Below, piece by piece: positions 28,442 through 38,422 of a stretch of DNA of 64,000 nucleotides; position 1 is the stretch's first letter, and each line of letters opens with the position of its first letter. Made by a program: the position numbers and the translations under genes. Origin of the DNA: an uncultured Acidobacteriota bacterium (lineage in GTDB: Bacteria > Acidobacteriota > Thermoanaerobaculia > UBA5066 > DATFVB01); NCBI GenBank assembly GCA_963813155.1, contig CAWEYG010000003.1, positions 800,001 to 864,000 on the forward strand, in the 5' to 3' direction. Below the pieces are notes generated by a model that worked only from the letters and a program-made list of their open reading frames with translations, had not been told where the DNA came from and ran no database searches.

Positions 28442-29788
28442 TCAGCCCTTCACAGGGTTCCCGTCAACGGCGGAACCAGCTCTCGACTTTCCCCGTGGTC
28501 GCCATCGCAGAAGATCCGCGACCACACAGCCACAGGTGCCCCCTCCGAACAGCACGAAGGGCATTTGCCATACGATGAAATCCATGTGCGTGTGTATGAA
28601 CGAATGAGCTTTGAACACCACGAACCACGAGACCGGGCCAAGAAAAGCGACCCACGTGGCCAATATCAAGGCCATTTCCTTTCGCCGAATTGCCTCCTCC
28701 CTCGCGCTCCGGCTGCGGACATAAAGCGCAAGCGACATCGCAATGACGACGGCAATCAGATACACATACCTCATGTTCAGGAAATAGGTCCCGGTCAGGT
28801 ATCGCGCGATCACAGGTGCCGTACCCGCTCTCAAACTGTCGCCAAATTCAGCCGGGAGCCGCGTCGGGTCCCCCCGTGTTCTCTTCGCAAATGAATAGAT
28901 TATGTGGGACACACCCGCCGCAACACGCCCCCGAACGGACGCTATTTGAAAACAGAGAAGAACCATGCTGGCAACGACAGCGCTACACGCGCCAGCGATC
29001 GACACGGAGAGAATTTGTATCCATCGCCTCACCGGCCACCGTTCAACAGCGCCATAAAACACGCCTGGAACGAGAACCATGACGATCGTCGTCGTGATGT
29101 ACTCGTATCCGTTGACCACACATTTCACGAACACACCCAGCGCGACGACGCCGAATAACGCCGCGAGGTTGACAGCGCGACGACGAGCCGGAGGCCGCAA
29201 ATAGTAGAGAACGGCACCCAGCGGAACGTAAAATGCCCAGAGCGACCACCACAGATTGCGACCGAACACGACGAGCCATTGGGAACAGATGATCGACAGG
29301 AGAACACCCACGGCAACCACCGACCTGAATTCAAAATAAAACCACAGAACAATCGCGCTCAGGACGAGAGCCGAGATCGAGGCCGTGAGGCCATGGAACA
29401 CGCGCAACTTTGTTTCCGGCGAGGCGGCCAGCACTCTGTCGAGAATTCCAAATAACATTCCCTGGCCGCCAATTTGCGAATCGTACGTTGTGAAAGCGCG
29501 AAATCGGTAATGGTTCGCGTAGGCTGAATATTGATCGGAAAACGGGTTGTCGGCGTAGTCGACCGGAACCGTCGTGAGGCTGCCCAGGCCCGGCAGCCCG
29601 CCTGCCGCAAGGATGCCATCCTGGCGGCTCTTGACGAGTCTGCCGATGACGTAGCTTTCACTGTCGCTTTGAAAGTTGGCGAACCAATCCTCGTTGGCGA
29701 CACCAAAAGAGTTGGTGAAGAAGCTCAAGAACAGGGACGCTACCGAAACGATGACGAGGACCGACCCCGCGGCGGCCGACCGGCTCAT
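28442..29788 (-). CDS. Polytopic membrane protein of unknown function, possibly GT-C-like
   Basis: Start MSRSAAAGS at 29788; TM1 then acidic FQSDSESYVIGR loop; about 9-10 further TMs; KAHSFIHTHM near the end. Confidence 0.6.
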   Translation of the reverse strand: MSRSAAAGSVLVIVSVASLFLSFFTNSFGVANEDWFANFQSDSESYVIGRLVKSRQDGILAAGGLPGLGSLTTVPVDYADNPFSDQYSAYANHYRFRAFTTYDSQIGGQGMLFGILDRVLAASPETKLRVFHGLTASISALVLSAIVLWFYFEFRSVVAVGVLLSIICSQWLVVFGRNLWWSLWAFYVPLGAVLYYLRPPARRRAVNLAALFGVVALGVFVKCVVNGYEYITTTIVMVLVPGVFYGAVERWPVRRWIQILSVSIAGACSAVVASMVLLCFQIASVRGRVAAGVSHIIYSFAKRTRGDPTRLPAEFGDSLRAGTAPVIARYLTGTYFLNMRYVYLIAVVIAMSLALYVRSRSAREEAIRRKEMALILATWVAFLGPVSWFVVFKAHSFIHTHMDFIVWQMPFVLFGGGTCGCVVADLLRWRPRGKSRAGSAVDGNPVKG

Positions 29789-31488
29789 CGGGCCGATTCC
29801 ATCAGCACCCGTTCGGCCATCCGGGCGGCAGGGGCGGTGAAAATCAACGCCCGAGGTCGGTAGTCGGAGCCCTGAGAGGCAGACCCCGACGCGATCTCCG
29901 GCGGAAGTCGCTCGGCGAGGAAATAGCCGTTTCGGGCCGCGTCGTACCGGAGTATCACCGCGGCCGGCAAGGCCACGTCGGCGAGAATTTGGTCTTTCGA
30001 ATCGCGGCAAGCAATCTCGTCATGCTCGGCCGAACAATGCTGATCCCCGTACGGACCTATGAGAAGCGTTCTCTCCCACATCGACCGGTCGTCATAGAGC
30101 AGGCTGGCCCACGCCTGCGCAAGATAATCCGCCTGCGTGGCGAGGTAATAGGGCGGGCGTTCCGGGATCAGGAGGACGAGCGAGGCCGACGGCGCGAGTC
30201 GGGGCGCCGCCTCGACGATCGACCTCAGCTCCATGCGATGCCGCCGCCAGTACGCCAGAAAATAGTCCTGCCGGTCGAGCCCACCATCGATTCCGAGCCC
30301 GACGAACACGAGCGGCAGCGCGACGCCCAGCCAGCGAAATGAGAAGCGCAGGCGAAGCACAATCGATGCCGAAAGGGCAATCGCGAGCGAAGCCCAGTAG
30401 CGCGAAAGAATTTGCGACCGGAAAAAGTACTGGGAAAATTGCAGGAGCCCGTGAGTCGAGTTGCACGCGAGCGCCATCAGGAGGAACGCCGCGAGGAATG
30501 TGAAGTCCCTCTTCCGCGACTCCTCCTCCCGCTCCAGGTCCCGGCGGCGGACCAGGAACCAGGCCGTTCCGCCAAGAAACGCGAAAGCCCCGACGACGGG
30601 AGCCCAGAGCCGGATCCAGCCCGGCACGACGGAGGGTGGCGGTGGGAACCAGTTCCGCCGGGCGCGCCCCCACGTCCACGGCGCGAAGTTGTGAAAATAT
30701 GCTGCCGCGATCCGATGTCCCCGGGCCATGAAGCTGATCGGCTCGATCGCGGTTGCGGCATAGCTGTGAGGGTCGAGCAAGAATCTCCCGAAAACCACGA
30801 GGTAGGGCGCGAACACGCACGCCATGGCGAGCGATGCGGCCTTCACGCGCCGGGAGAAACGCCCCTCGACGAGCCAGAGCAAGGCCGGAGTCAGCAGGAT
30901 CGGTGCAAACGCAACGTCTGTATTTCCGAGGCTGACCGCGAGCGCCGCGATGCTCAACGCGATCCATCGCCGCCTTCCCGACTTCAACCAGGCCAGAAGG
31001 AGCGCGAGCGTGACGAAGTAAAACAGGGCCGCCAGGTCGTAGTGAAGCGCCTCGAGACTGTTCGCCTGATAGTCGCCTGTCGCGCAAATCGTCAGACACC
31101 CTCCCGCGAATGCGAGCCAGCGATTCCCCGGAAAGATCTGCGCGAGGACGAGGGCGGCGAAGACACCGCCGAGGAACCACGTGAGGCCGTAAAAGATCTG
31201 CAGAGTCGCGACGGGCGACGGCGTGAAGAGAGCGAGCGCGAAGGGCGCGCCGGCAAAGATTCGCGTTGGCTGGGCGATCGGAAGAAGGAACCGAAAAATC
31301 CCGTGGCCCCAACTGTTCACATATCCCAAAATAAAGGTCTCATCCTGGAACATCCCCCGATCGAGCGCGAATATTCCCCAGACGAGATACGTCAGAAAGG
31401 CGAAGACGCCGAGAGCCATGCACACCGCAGGCGCATTCCACGCCCTCTCGGGCGAAAGATTCTCGAGTGTCTCCGGGTGGGCCGACAT
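29785..31488 (-). CDS. Polytopic membrane protein of unknown function, possibly GT-C-like
   Basis: TM1 then FQDE; about 10 TMs; soluble C-terminal domain. Confidence 0.6.
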   Translation of the reverse strand: MSAHPETLENLSPERAWNAPAVCMALGVFAFLTYLVWGIFALDRGMFQDETFILGYVNSWGHGIFRFLLPIAQPTRIFAGAPFALALFTPSPVATLQIFYGLTWFLGGVFAALVLAQIFPGNRWLAFAGGCLTICATGDYQANSLEALHYDLAALFYFVTLALLLAWLKSGRRRWIALSIAALAVSLGNTDVAFAPILLTPALLWLVEGRFSRRVKAASLAMACVFAPYLVVFGRFLLDPHSYAATAIEPISFMARGHRIAAAYFHNFAPWTWGRARRNWFPPPPSVVPGWIRLWAPVVGAFAFLGGTAWFLVRRRDLEREEESRKRDFTFLAAFLLMALACNSTHGLLQFSQYFFRSQILSRYWASLAIALSASIVLRLRFSFRWLGVALPLVFVGLGIDGGLDRQDYFLAYWRRHRMELRSIVEAAPRLAPSASLVLLIPERPPYYLATQADYLAQAWASLLYDDRSMWERTLLIGPYGDQHCSAEHDEIACRDSKDQILADVALPAAVILRYDAARNGYFLAERLPPEIASGSASQGSDYRPRALIFTAPAARMAERVLMESAR

Positions 31489-31549
31489 TGCGATTGTGAA
31501 CTCCCGAAAGCGACGGAATCGTACCGCAATTCCTGCGGCCCGGATCCCC

Positions 31550-33266
31550 TCATTTCACGCGAACCCGGATGACGAGCGGGTTCGCCCCCTGATCCGAAAA
31601 CCACGACACAAACTCCTGGACGAGATCGAAGTGAAGCTCGAAGTCACCGGCGAGATCCGGCGGCGTGATGTCGATCGGAAGAGTCGTCCATTGCCCCGGC
31701 AGGAGGGGTTCGCTCAGGTCCGCGCGCGGCGAATCGTCGGGAAGGGGTTCGGAGGAGTTGACCTTGAACCATCGACATCCCAACCGCACGGCGCGGACCG
31801 CATCGGGGATCCCCGATATCGAGGGCCGGGGACCGAGCCAGGAGACCGGGCTCGCGTTTTGGAAGCGAACCGTCGCCTCGAAGGGCTTGCGCTCGATCAC
31901 CGGCGGTACATGGACCTCTCCCCACCGGACCCTGTAGCCGTCGGGCGGGAGAGCATTCGGCCGAGCCGTGAATCCCGCGACGTTCGAGCGCGCAAGGAGA
32001 TCCTCCCGCATCTCCAGATGATGCCAGTCCCATGCATGGGCCTCCAGCGGGAGTCCCATCCTCGCTTCCCAGTTCGACGAACCGTAGGCGAGACCTCCTT
32101 CGATCTGGATGAGGATCGACAGAAGCGCCAATACGCCGGTCACGATCAGGTGTGGCCGTCTCATCCGCCTCAATGCCAGAATCGAGGTGAGCGCGAGCAC
32201 GGGCAGTATCTCGATCAGGTAGCGCGGCCCGAAACTCCAGCCGCCGGCCCAGCGGGCAAACGAACAGTGGACGAGCGCGTAGGCGATCGCCGCCGCAGAA
32301 AAGGTCGCCAGAAGAGGCCGGGCCTTCGCCTGGCGGAAGGCAATCCCCATTCCCGCCAGGCCCACGACCGCCACCGGCGTGTAGAAGAGGAGTCCGCGAT
32401 TCGGGCTGAAAAACAGGCCGAGAATGCCGAGCGGAGCGTTGCGCAGAGCGATGTGCGTGGCGCCGTGAACGGTTCCCCCCATGGGATTGTCGAAGTAGTA
32501 GAGGTTGTAGAAGAGAAACGGCGCCGCGGCGGCGATCGCGCCCGCTCCGTAGGCCAGCGGCGCCCTCCATCCCCGTCTGCGCCGTATCCCTTTCAGAAGC
32601 AAATAGGCGAACCCGGCGGCCGCGAAAATCGCCGCCGCCGGCCGGATGCCGTACAGAAAATCCGAGAAAGACGCCGGCCAAAGCTCCTGAGCGAACCGTC
32701 CCGCCCGGCCGAGAGAGGCAGAACAATCCGAGGAGCAGGAACAGCACGTCCGGGCCGTGCTGCCAGAGCTCCTGGCTCGCCACCGCCCACATCGAGGTGC
32801 CCAGACCGAATACGAGAGCGACGCCGAGTGCGCGGTACGGGCCCGCCCAGGGAACGAGCATCCGGAAGAGCACCAGTACCGCCGCGGCGCAGATGATCCC
32901 GGCGCTCCAGATCTCGGCCGTGGCGGCCACATCGAAGAGATTCCGGGGGGAAGTTCGTTTCTGCAGCGAAAGAACGGCGTAGATGGGGAGGTCGACGGGA
33001 AGCGCGGCGATCGCCGCGCCGATGGGATAGTGGGACATCAGATGCCCGCGCCGGTTCTCGAGATAGCCGACCTCCCGCGTGTCGCGCGAGAATTCTGCCG
33101 AGAACGAGTCCAACGTCACTCGATGGTCACGAAGAATCGCGAAAGGAAGGACCCGCGTACCGAGCGTGTCCCAGCCTTCCGCAACACTCGACACGTCGGC
33201 CGTCGAGACGTAGGCAGCGAGGCAAACGAAGAAGATTGCCACGCCCGAAAGAAAGGGTCGAGTCAC
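31550..33266 (-). CDS. PMT-like GT-C membrane protein fused to a C-terminal NBR1/FW-like Ig domain (copy 5); apparent frameshift near 32660
   Basis: N-terminal frame: SHYPIGAAIAALP, LWQHG. C-terminal frame: IRP, GLFFSPNRGLLFYTP, WAGGWSFGPRYLIE, then LPPDGYRVRW...RADLSEPLLPG...FDLVQEFVSWFSDQGA. Confidence 0.8.
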
Positions 33267-33320
33267 TCGACGAATCGTAACCCGAACCGGGATAGCATCG
33301 CGCGCGCCCGCTTTATCTCT

Positions 33321-34577
33321 TCACGGTACCGGGCCGAACTCGATTTCTGCAGCCGGCACACGGCTTTCATCCTGCAGGACGGCAATGAGGTTCAAAGCCG
33401 ATCCTTCTCGCGCCGGAAGCGCGACGGTCAGGCGGAAGCCGCAACTCTTCGCGTCCGGGACCTCGGGGAATACCGCTGCGACGTCGAGCCGCGGCAGCCG
33501 AGCCCTCGTTCGAGCGACTGTCCGATCGCCCCGGACGAGCTCGACAGCCTCGACCGGGGAGCTCTTCCCGACGACCCATCCCTCCAGATCGACGCTGCGG
33601 GCATCCACGCCGGCGCCGGGTTTCGGGATGTCGATCGATGCCCCGAAAAGCCTCTCCGGAGACCAGGCCGGGACGACTCGAGTCACACGAAGAGCAGTCG
33701 CTCTTTCACTCGCCCGCAAGCGCTCTTCGATTTCGCGGACCGGCGCAGCCGACGGCACAGCCGGACCGGGCCCGAGCTCTCGGTCCGCAATGAGCTCATA
33801 ACATCGCTTGACCATCATCACTCGAATTGTCTCGTCGTACCGCTTTCCCAATCGGCCGAAAATGCGATCGTAGAAAAGGATGTATTGCTCGAGCTTTGCC
33901 CGGCGTTCGATACCGGACCACATTCCTCCTGCGTGCTGGCGATAACAAGCCATCAGGTCGGGAACGTATGCGGCGCGCCCGTTCCGCAGGGCAAGGAGAA
34001 AGAGCGGCCAGTCTCCGAAGGCCATTCTCTCGAACCATTCGGGGACAGGAACGACGCTCTCGCGGCGAATCATCACCGAACAGGTTCGAATGAAATTGCC
34101 CTTCAGCAGGTCTTCGAGGTCGGAAAACGGCGGCTCCTCCGGAGAGTTGGAGTTCCCCAGAGTCCGTCCGTCCGCTTCAGACCAAATCTCAACGTTGTGA
34201 AAGCTGAGCGCACAGTCCGGATGCGTTTCCAGCAGCTGCACCTGGCGCTGCAGCTTGCGGGGATCGGTCCACTTGTCATCACCCTCGATCAACGCAATGT
34301 AGTCCGCGCCGCACGAATCAATGGCCCGGGCGAGCGCCGGCATGTACTTCCCGTTTTCCGTCGCGAGGACAGCGAACAGACGGTCCGGATGAAGGTCCCG
34401 ATACGACTCGACGATTTCTCGCGTGCCGTCGGTCGACAGGTCCTCAAGGACCGTAACATCCCATCGAAAGTCGGCTTCTTGGGCCAGGATGCCGTCGAGT
34501 GCCGCGCGGATGTAAGGGGCGTGGTTGTAAGTCGGAACGATCACGTTGACACGGACTTCAGATGAACCGCGGATCAC
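33321..34577 (-). CDS. GT2 glycosyltransferase with a C-terminal 'GW...RLDV' Ig-like domain
   Basis: VPTYNHAPYI, EDLSTDGT, EGDDKWTDPRKLQRQV, GDW, YRQHAGG; C-terminal SIDIP...EGWV...PRLDVAAVFP...GF. Confidence 0.85.
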   Translation of the reverse strand: MIRGSSEVRVNVIVPTYNHAPYIRAALDGILAQEADFRWDVTVLEDLSTDGTREIVESYRDLHPDRLFAVLATENGKYMPALARAIDSCGADYIALIEGDDKWTDPRKLQRQVQLLETHPDCALSFHNVEIWSEADGRTLGNSNSPEEPPFSDLEDLLKGNFIRTCSVMIRRESVVPVPEWFERMAFGDWPLFLLALRNGRAAYVPDLMACYRQHAGGMWSGIERRAKLEQYILFYDRIFGRLGKRYDETIRVMMVKRCYELIADRELGPGPAVPSAAPVREIEERLRASERATALRVTRVVPAWSPERLFGASIDIPKPGAGVDARSVDLEGWVVGKSSPVEAVELVRGDRTVARTRARLPRLDVAAVFPEVPDAKSCGFRLTVALPAREGSALNLIAVLQDESRVPAAEIEFGPVP

Positions 34578-35776
34578 GGCTCGATTTCCCGGGTCAGGAG
34601 CTCCCGAGAGCCCAGGATCAACCTCAGAAATTCAGCCACTCGCTCCACCGTTGAATCGCGCAAGTCCCCTCCCGTCGGAAGGCAAAGGACCCGGCTCGCG
34701 AGACTCTCCGTTTCCGGAAGGCCCCAGCCGGCCAGCGGAGTATTCGATCGATACGGCTCCATACGATGGCAACCTGGATAGAAGTACCTTCGAGCCCGAA
34801 CGTTTTCTGCCCAGAGAGCCTCTTGAACGCGATCACGACCAATACCGCCGAAATCATCAATCTCGAGGACGGAGTATTGATGGTTCGACTTTTCGCCTTC
34901 CGGGAAATCAAGCATCTTCACCCCCGGAATGCCGGAGACTGCCCGACGGTAGATCGCCCCGTGAGACCGATTGTTTGCAATGAAATCGCCGAGACGAGGA
35001 ATCGCGGCCATTCCCATCGCCGCGGACACCTCGTTCATTTTTCCGTTGGTCCCGAGCACCGAGACGCGATCATAGCCGGAAAAGCCGAAATTCCTAACGA
35101 GGCGAACCTTTTCCGCGAGCGCATCGTCGTTGGTCGCGATCGCCCCACCTTCCAATGTGTTAAAAAACTTCGTCGCGTGAAAGCTGAAGACCTCCGCGTC
35201 GCCAAAGCCGCCAATCATTTTTCCCCGGTGCGACGTCTCGAAGGCGTGCGCGGCGTCGAAGAAAAGCAGCAGTCCTCTCGCCCGCGCGATTCGCTCGAGC
35301 TCCTCGACAGCGGAGGGACGGCCCCAGAGATGGACGGCGAGAATCGCCGAGGTTCGACTGGTGACGCGCCGCTCGACGTCGGAAGGATCGACGTTGTGCG
35401 TCTCGGCCAAGACGTCGGCGAACGCCACGGAGAGCCCCTGCCAGGCCACGGCGTGCGCTGTGGCGACGAACGTGAACGACGGAAGGATGACCTCTCCCTT
35501 CGCGCCGGCGGCAGCGAAAAGAATCTGAAGAGCAACCGTGGCGTTGCAGACGGCGATGCAATTCCGGACCCCCAGGCGATCGGCCAATACTGCTTCGAAC
35601 CGCTGGACGACCGGGCCATCGTTGGTAAGCCAGCGGCGATCCAGGATCTCCCCGACCGACTCGAGAAACACCTCTCGGTCACCGATATTCGGCCGGCCGA
35701 CGTGCAGAGGCTCGTCGAAAAGTGGACGACCTCCGAACAACGCAAGGTCCTCCCGCCGGAGTTTCGCAGGCATCAC
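34574..35776 (-). CDS. DegT/DnrJ/EryC1/StrS sugar aminotransferase (VioA/DesI-like)
   Basis: PSFTFVATA, VHLWG, FDAAHAF, FSFHATKFFNTLEGGAI, GTNGKMNE. Confidence 0.9.
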   Translation of the reverse strand: MMPAKLRREDLALFGGRPLFDEPLHVGRPNIGDREVFLESVGEILDRRWLTNDGPVVQRFEAVLADRLGVRNCIAVCNATVALQILFAAAGAKGEVILPSFTFVATAHAVAWQGLSVAFADVLAETHNVDPSDVERRVTSRTSAILAVHLWGRPSAVEELERIARARGLLLFFDAAHAFETSHRGKMIGGFGDAEVFSFHATKFFNTLEGGAIATNDDALAEKVRLVRNFGFSGYDRVSVLGTNGKMNEVSAAMGMAAIPRLGDFIANNRSHGAIYRRAVSGIPGVKMLDFPEGEKSNHQYSVLEIDDFGGIGRDRVQEALWAENVRARRYFYPGCHRMEPYRSNTPLAGWGLPETESLASRVLCLPTGGDLRDSTVERVAEFLRLILGSRELLTREIEP

Positions 35777-35798
35777 TTCAACGGCTCAAGAGGATAAT

Positions 35799-36425
35799 CT
35801 ACCGATACACATATGCCGTGTACTCGTACAGGCCGTAGTCGCTCCGAAAGACATAATGGCGGCTGAGCTCGCTTCTCACGAATGCCGCCAAAGTGTCGAA
35901 AGGAAGGTGAAAAAGATCCTCTCGCTCCCAATCGACGTGCTTCGACATGACGTTGAAAGCCAGCCCCGTCCTCACGGCCGGCCAGAGCCGGACGAGCGCC
36001 CTTTGCACGAATTCCCACATCTCGTCGAAGGAAAGGTCGAGCTTCTCGGTGAAGACGCCGTTGGCAACGACATAGTCGAAAACCGGCAGGGGCTCGGTCC
36101 CCACGAGGATGTCTTGCTGAGAAAAACGAATTTCCGGGTATTTCGCCCGCGCGACGGCGAGAAAGCTCTCCGACACGTCGAGGCCTTCGTATTCGATTCC
36201 GGCGATGTCCCTTTCGCGCAGGAAGTCGAGCATTTGCGCCGTTCCACAGCCGAAGTCGAGCAGCCGGACCGGTCGGGGATCTGCAGGTCGGACAACGCCG
36301 ATCATTGCTCCGTGCGCGAGGTCTGCCTGCCGTCGTGAGGTGCGATCGACGCCCGCGGGAGTATCGCCGAACCTCTCGAGGCAGGATTCATAATGTGTCG
36401 CGAGGCGAGCGTATTTCGAACTCAC
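35799..36425 (-). CDS. Class I SAM-dependent methyltransferase
   Basis: LLDFGCGTA, GLDVS, FDYVVANGVF, DYGLYEYT. Confidence 0.85.
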   Translation of the reverse strand: MSSKYARLATHYESCLERFGDTPAGVDRTSRRQADLAHGAMIGVVRPADPRPVRLLDFGCGTAQMLDFLRERDIAGIEYEGLDVSESFLAVARAKYPEIRFSQQDILVGTEPLPVFDYVVANGVFTEKLDLSFDEMWEFVQRALVRLWPAVRTGLAFNVMSKHVDWEREDLFHLPFDTLAAFVRSELSRHYVFRSDYGLYEYTAYVYR

Positions 36426-36429
36426 GAGA

Positions 36430-37491
36430 TCATCTTAGCGAATCCGCCACCCGCGCAACCACGTCCGCCACGTACAGCATGTCCTCGGCGTTGTATCGCT
36501 GATCACAGGGCAAGGTCAGGATTTCGGAGGAAAGCAGATGGCTTTCGCGAAACTCTTCGGGGACGATGCCCGCAATCGGCCAGTGGATCGGAGGATAGAT
36601 TCCGGCCGCAAAACAACGGTCGAGCACCTCGTCGCGGTTGCGCACGCGGATCGGAAAGCCGAGCGGAACCGATTTCTCCTCGAGACGCGGGAACACGGAA
36701 AGCGAACCCAGGTGTGCGGCGAGCACCTCAAGATTTTCGCGCCGACGCTGGCCGATGGAGACGTAGTCGATCCCCGAGAAGAGCAGATCCCGCGAAACAT
36801 CGCTCATGGAATAGGCGCCGATCGGCGCGTTCTCCTCGACGCTCTGAAAAGCGTCGAACCAGTCCCGATCCCCACCCTCACGATCGAATTTCGCGCGACA
36901 CGACGCGGCACTGAGAGACTTCTGCCACCATTCCGCGGGAGGAGGCGCTAGATGTGTCCGGCCGCCGCCAAAGTTCTTGCCGATAAAGAGCACGCCTCCA
37001 TCGGGGACTCCGAGAAACTTGCGAGGGCTGAACAGCCGAAAATCCGCCCCTGGCGTTGCAGTTGACAGAAGGGACTGACAGGCATCTTCGACAACGATCG
37101 CACCGCGGCTCCGGGCTATCGCGAAGAGATCCGGGTCCGACGGTATCCCGAAATAGTCGATGAAGAGCACGACCTCGCCCGGTTGGACGCGCCCGATCCA
37201 ATCTTCGGGAGCGACCCTTAACTGTCGATTGACCGGATAGAATCGTGCCGGAACAGAACTCTTCCGTACGGAATCCACGACTGCGGAGCAAAGGTAAGAC
37301 GGAAGCCAGACCGCTGGCGGCGCCACGCGTTCGAGGAGCGAGGCGAAGGCCGATCGGGCGTTGACGAACAGCTCGTGAGGCTGTCTCAGAAACTCCGGCT
37401 CCGGGCCCGCCGTACTGGCAGGAGCTTCCAGGCCGAACATTCCACCGACGATCCGATCCCGCTGTTCCAAAGGCCCCGTTACCGCGTCCAT
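36430..37491 (-). CDS. Divergent DegT-like PLP-dependent protein
   Basis: LPSYLC, IDYFG, VEDACQS, FSPRKFLGVPDGG, ILTLPCDQRY. Confidence 0.75.
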   Translation of the reverse strand: MDAVTGPLEQRDRIVGGMFGLEAPASTAGPEPEFLRQPHELFVNARSAFASLLERVAPPAVWLPSYLCSAVVDSVRKSSVPARFYPVNRQLRVAPEDWIGRVQPGEVVLFIDYFGIPSDPDLFAIARSRGAIVVEDACQSLLSTATPGADFRLFSPRKFLGVPDGGVLFIGKNFGGGRTHLAPPPAEWWQKSLSAASCRAKFDREGGDRDWFDAFQSVEENAPIGAYSMSDVSRDLLFSGIDYVSIGQRRRENLEVLAAHLGSLSVFPRLEEKSVPLGFPIRVRNRDEVLDRCFAAGIYPPIHWPIAGIVPEEFRESHLLSSEILTLPCDQRYNAEDMLYVADVVARVADSLR

Positions 37492-37501
37492 GTTCGTTCG
37501 C

Positions 37502-38422
37502 TCACGAAATCTCGCCCGAACGATATGCCGGGAAGTACTCCGGCCGAGGCATCGACGTCGATTTGACGAGCTGTTCATACTTCCTGCGGTTCAGGACGCG
37601 GCCGCAAAAATATGCCATCCGGGTTCCGGTCGCCCAACCCCTCTTGAAAGAGGCCAAGCCACCGCCTTCATCGGATAAACCGGCTTCCCCTCCGAGATCC
37701 AGCCAACGAGTCAGGCCGCCGAAGTGTTCGATGGCGGCCCCCATCAGCGCATAAGCGGCTCGAGTTTGATATCCACGATCGGTCACCGCTGTCAGGTGAC
37801 TGTAAGCGACCTCTCCATTCGTCATCCACAAGTGCGCGCCGACGACCTGATTCTCTTCGAGTGCCCGGAACATCACGAGGCCCGGAACCCGCAACTGCCT
37901 TTCGAAGGACGAGGCCGAGAACCGGGCGGCACCTCGGATGGCACGGCGAAGAACGAGTTGAGCATAGAGGGTAGACCACTCTTCCACGAACGAAATCGGG
38001 GATGGGGCCATCTCGACGTGGATCTTTTGAGCTGCGCGCCGAGCATAATAACGGTGATGACTCGAACCCGGGAGAGCACGGCCGCGCTGCAGGTCCACGA
38101 CATAATGCTTCTTGAACGGGAGAACGAGATCCGGGAAGGCGTCGTGAAGAAGCAGCTCGTCGTAGGCTCCGAATGGATCTGCGACCAGACCCACGCTCAC
38201 GAACCCGGTACCGAGAAGCTCTAGATCCCTCGGAAGGTTCGACCAGTTTTCGCAACAAAAGAGCGGATAGCAGCCGGTTGCATCGACATCGCTCGTGCTT
38301 TCGATCGGGCGCTCGAGGATCCAGCCGCCGCTCAACGGGAGGCAACGGGGTGTGCCAAACTCCGTGAGCGAATTCGCGTAGTCGGCATGAAGGTATCCAG
38401 CCGCTCCCGAAGCCACCTTCAC
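37502..38422 (-). CDS. GNAT/FemAB-like acyltransferase
   Basis: GTG 38422 overlaps the upstream stop; AYSHL...AAYALM...LDLGG...GLASFKRGW...YFPAYR. Confidence 0.75.
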   Translation of the reverse strand: MKVASGAAGYLHADYANSLTEFGTPRCLPLSGGWILERPIESTSDVDATGCYPLFCCENWSNLPRDLELLGTGFVSVGLVADPFGAYDELLLHDAFPDLVLPFKKHYVVDLQRGRALPGSSHHRYYARRAAQKIHVEMAPSPISFVEEWSTLYAQLVLRRAIRGAARFSASSFERQLRVPGLVMFRALEENQVVGAHLWMTNGEVAYSHLTAVTDRGYQTRAAYALMGAAIEHFGGLTRWLDLGGEAGLSDEGGGLASFKRGWATGTRMAYFCGRVLNRRKYEQLVKSTSMPRPEYFPAYRSGEIS

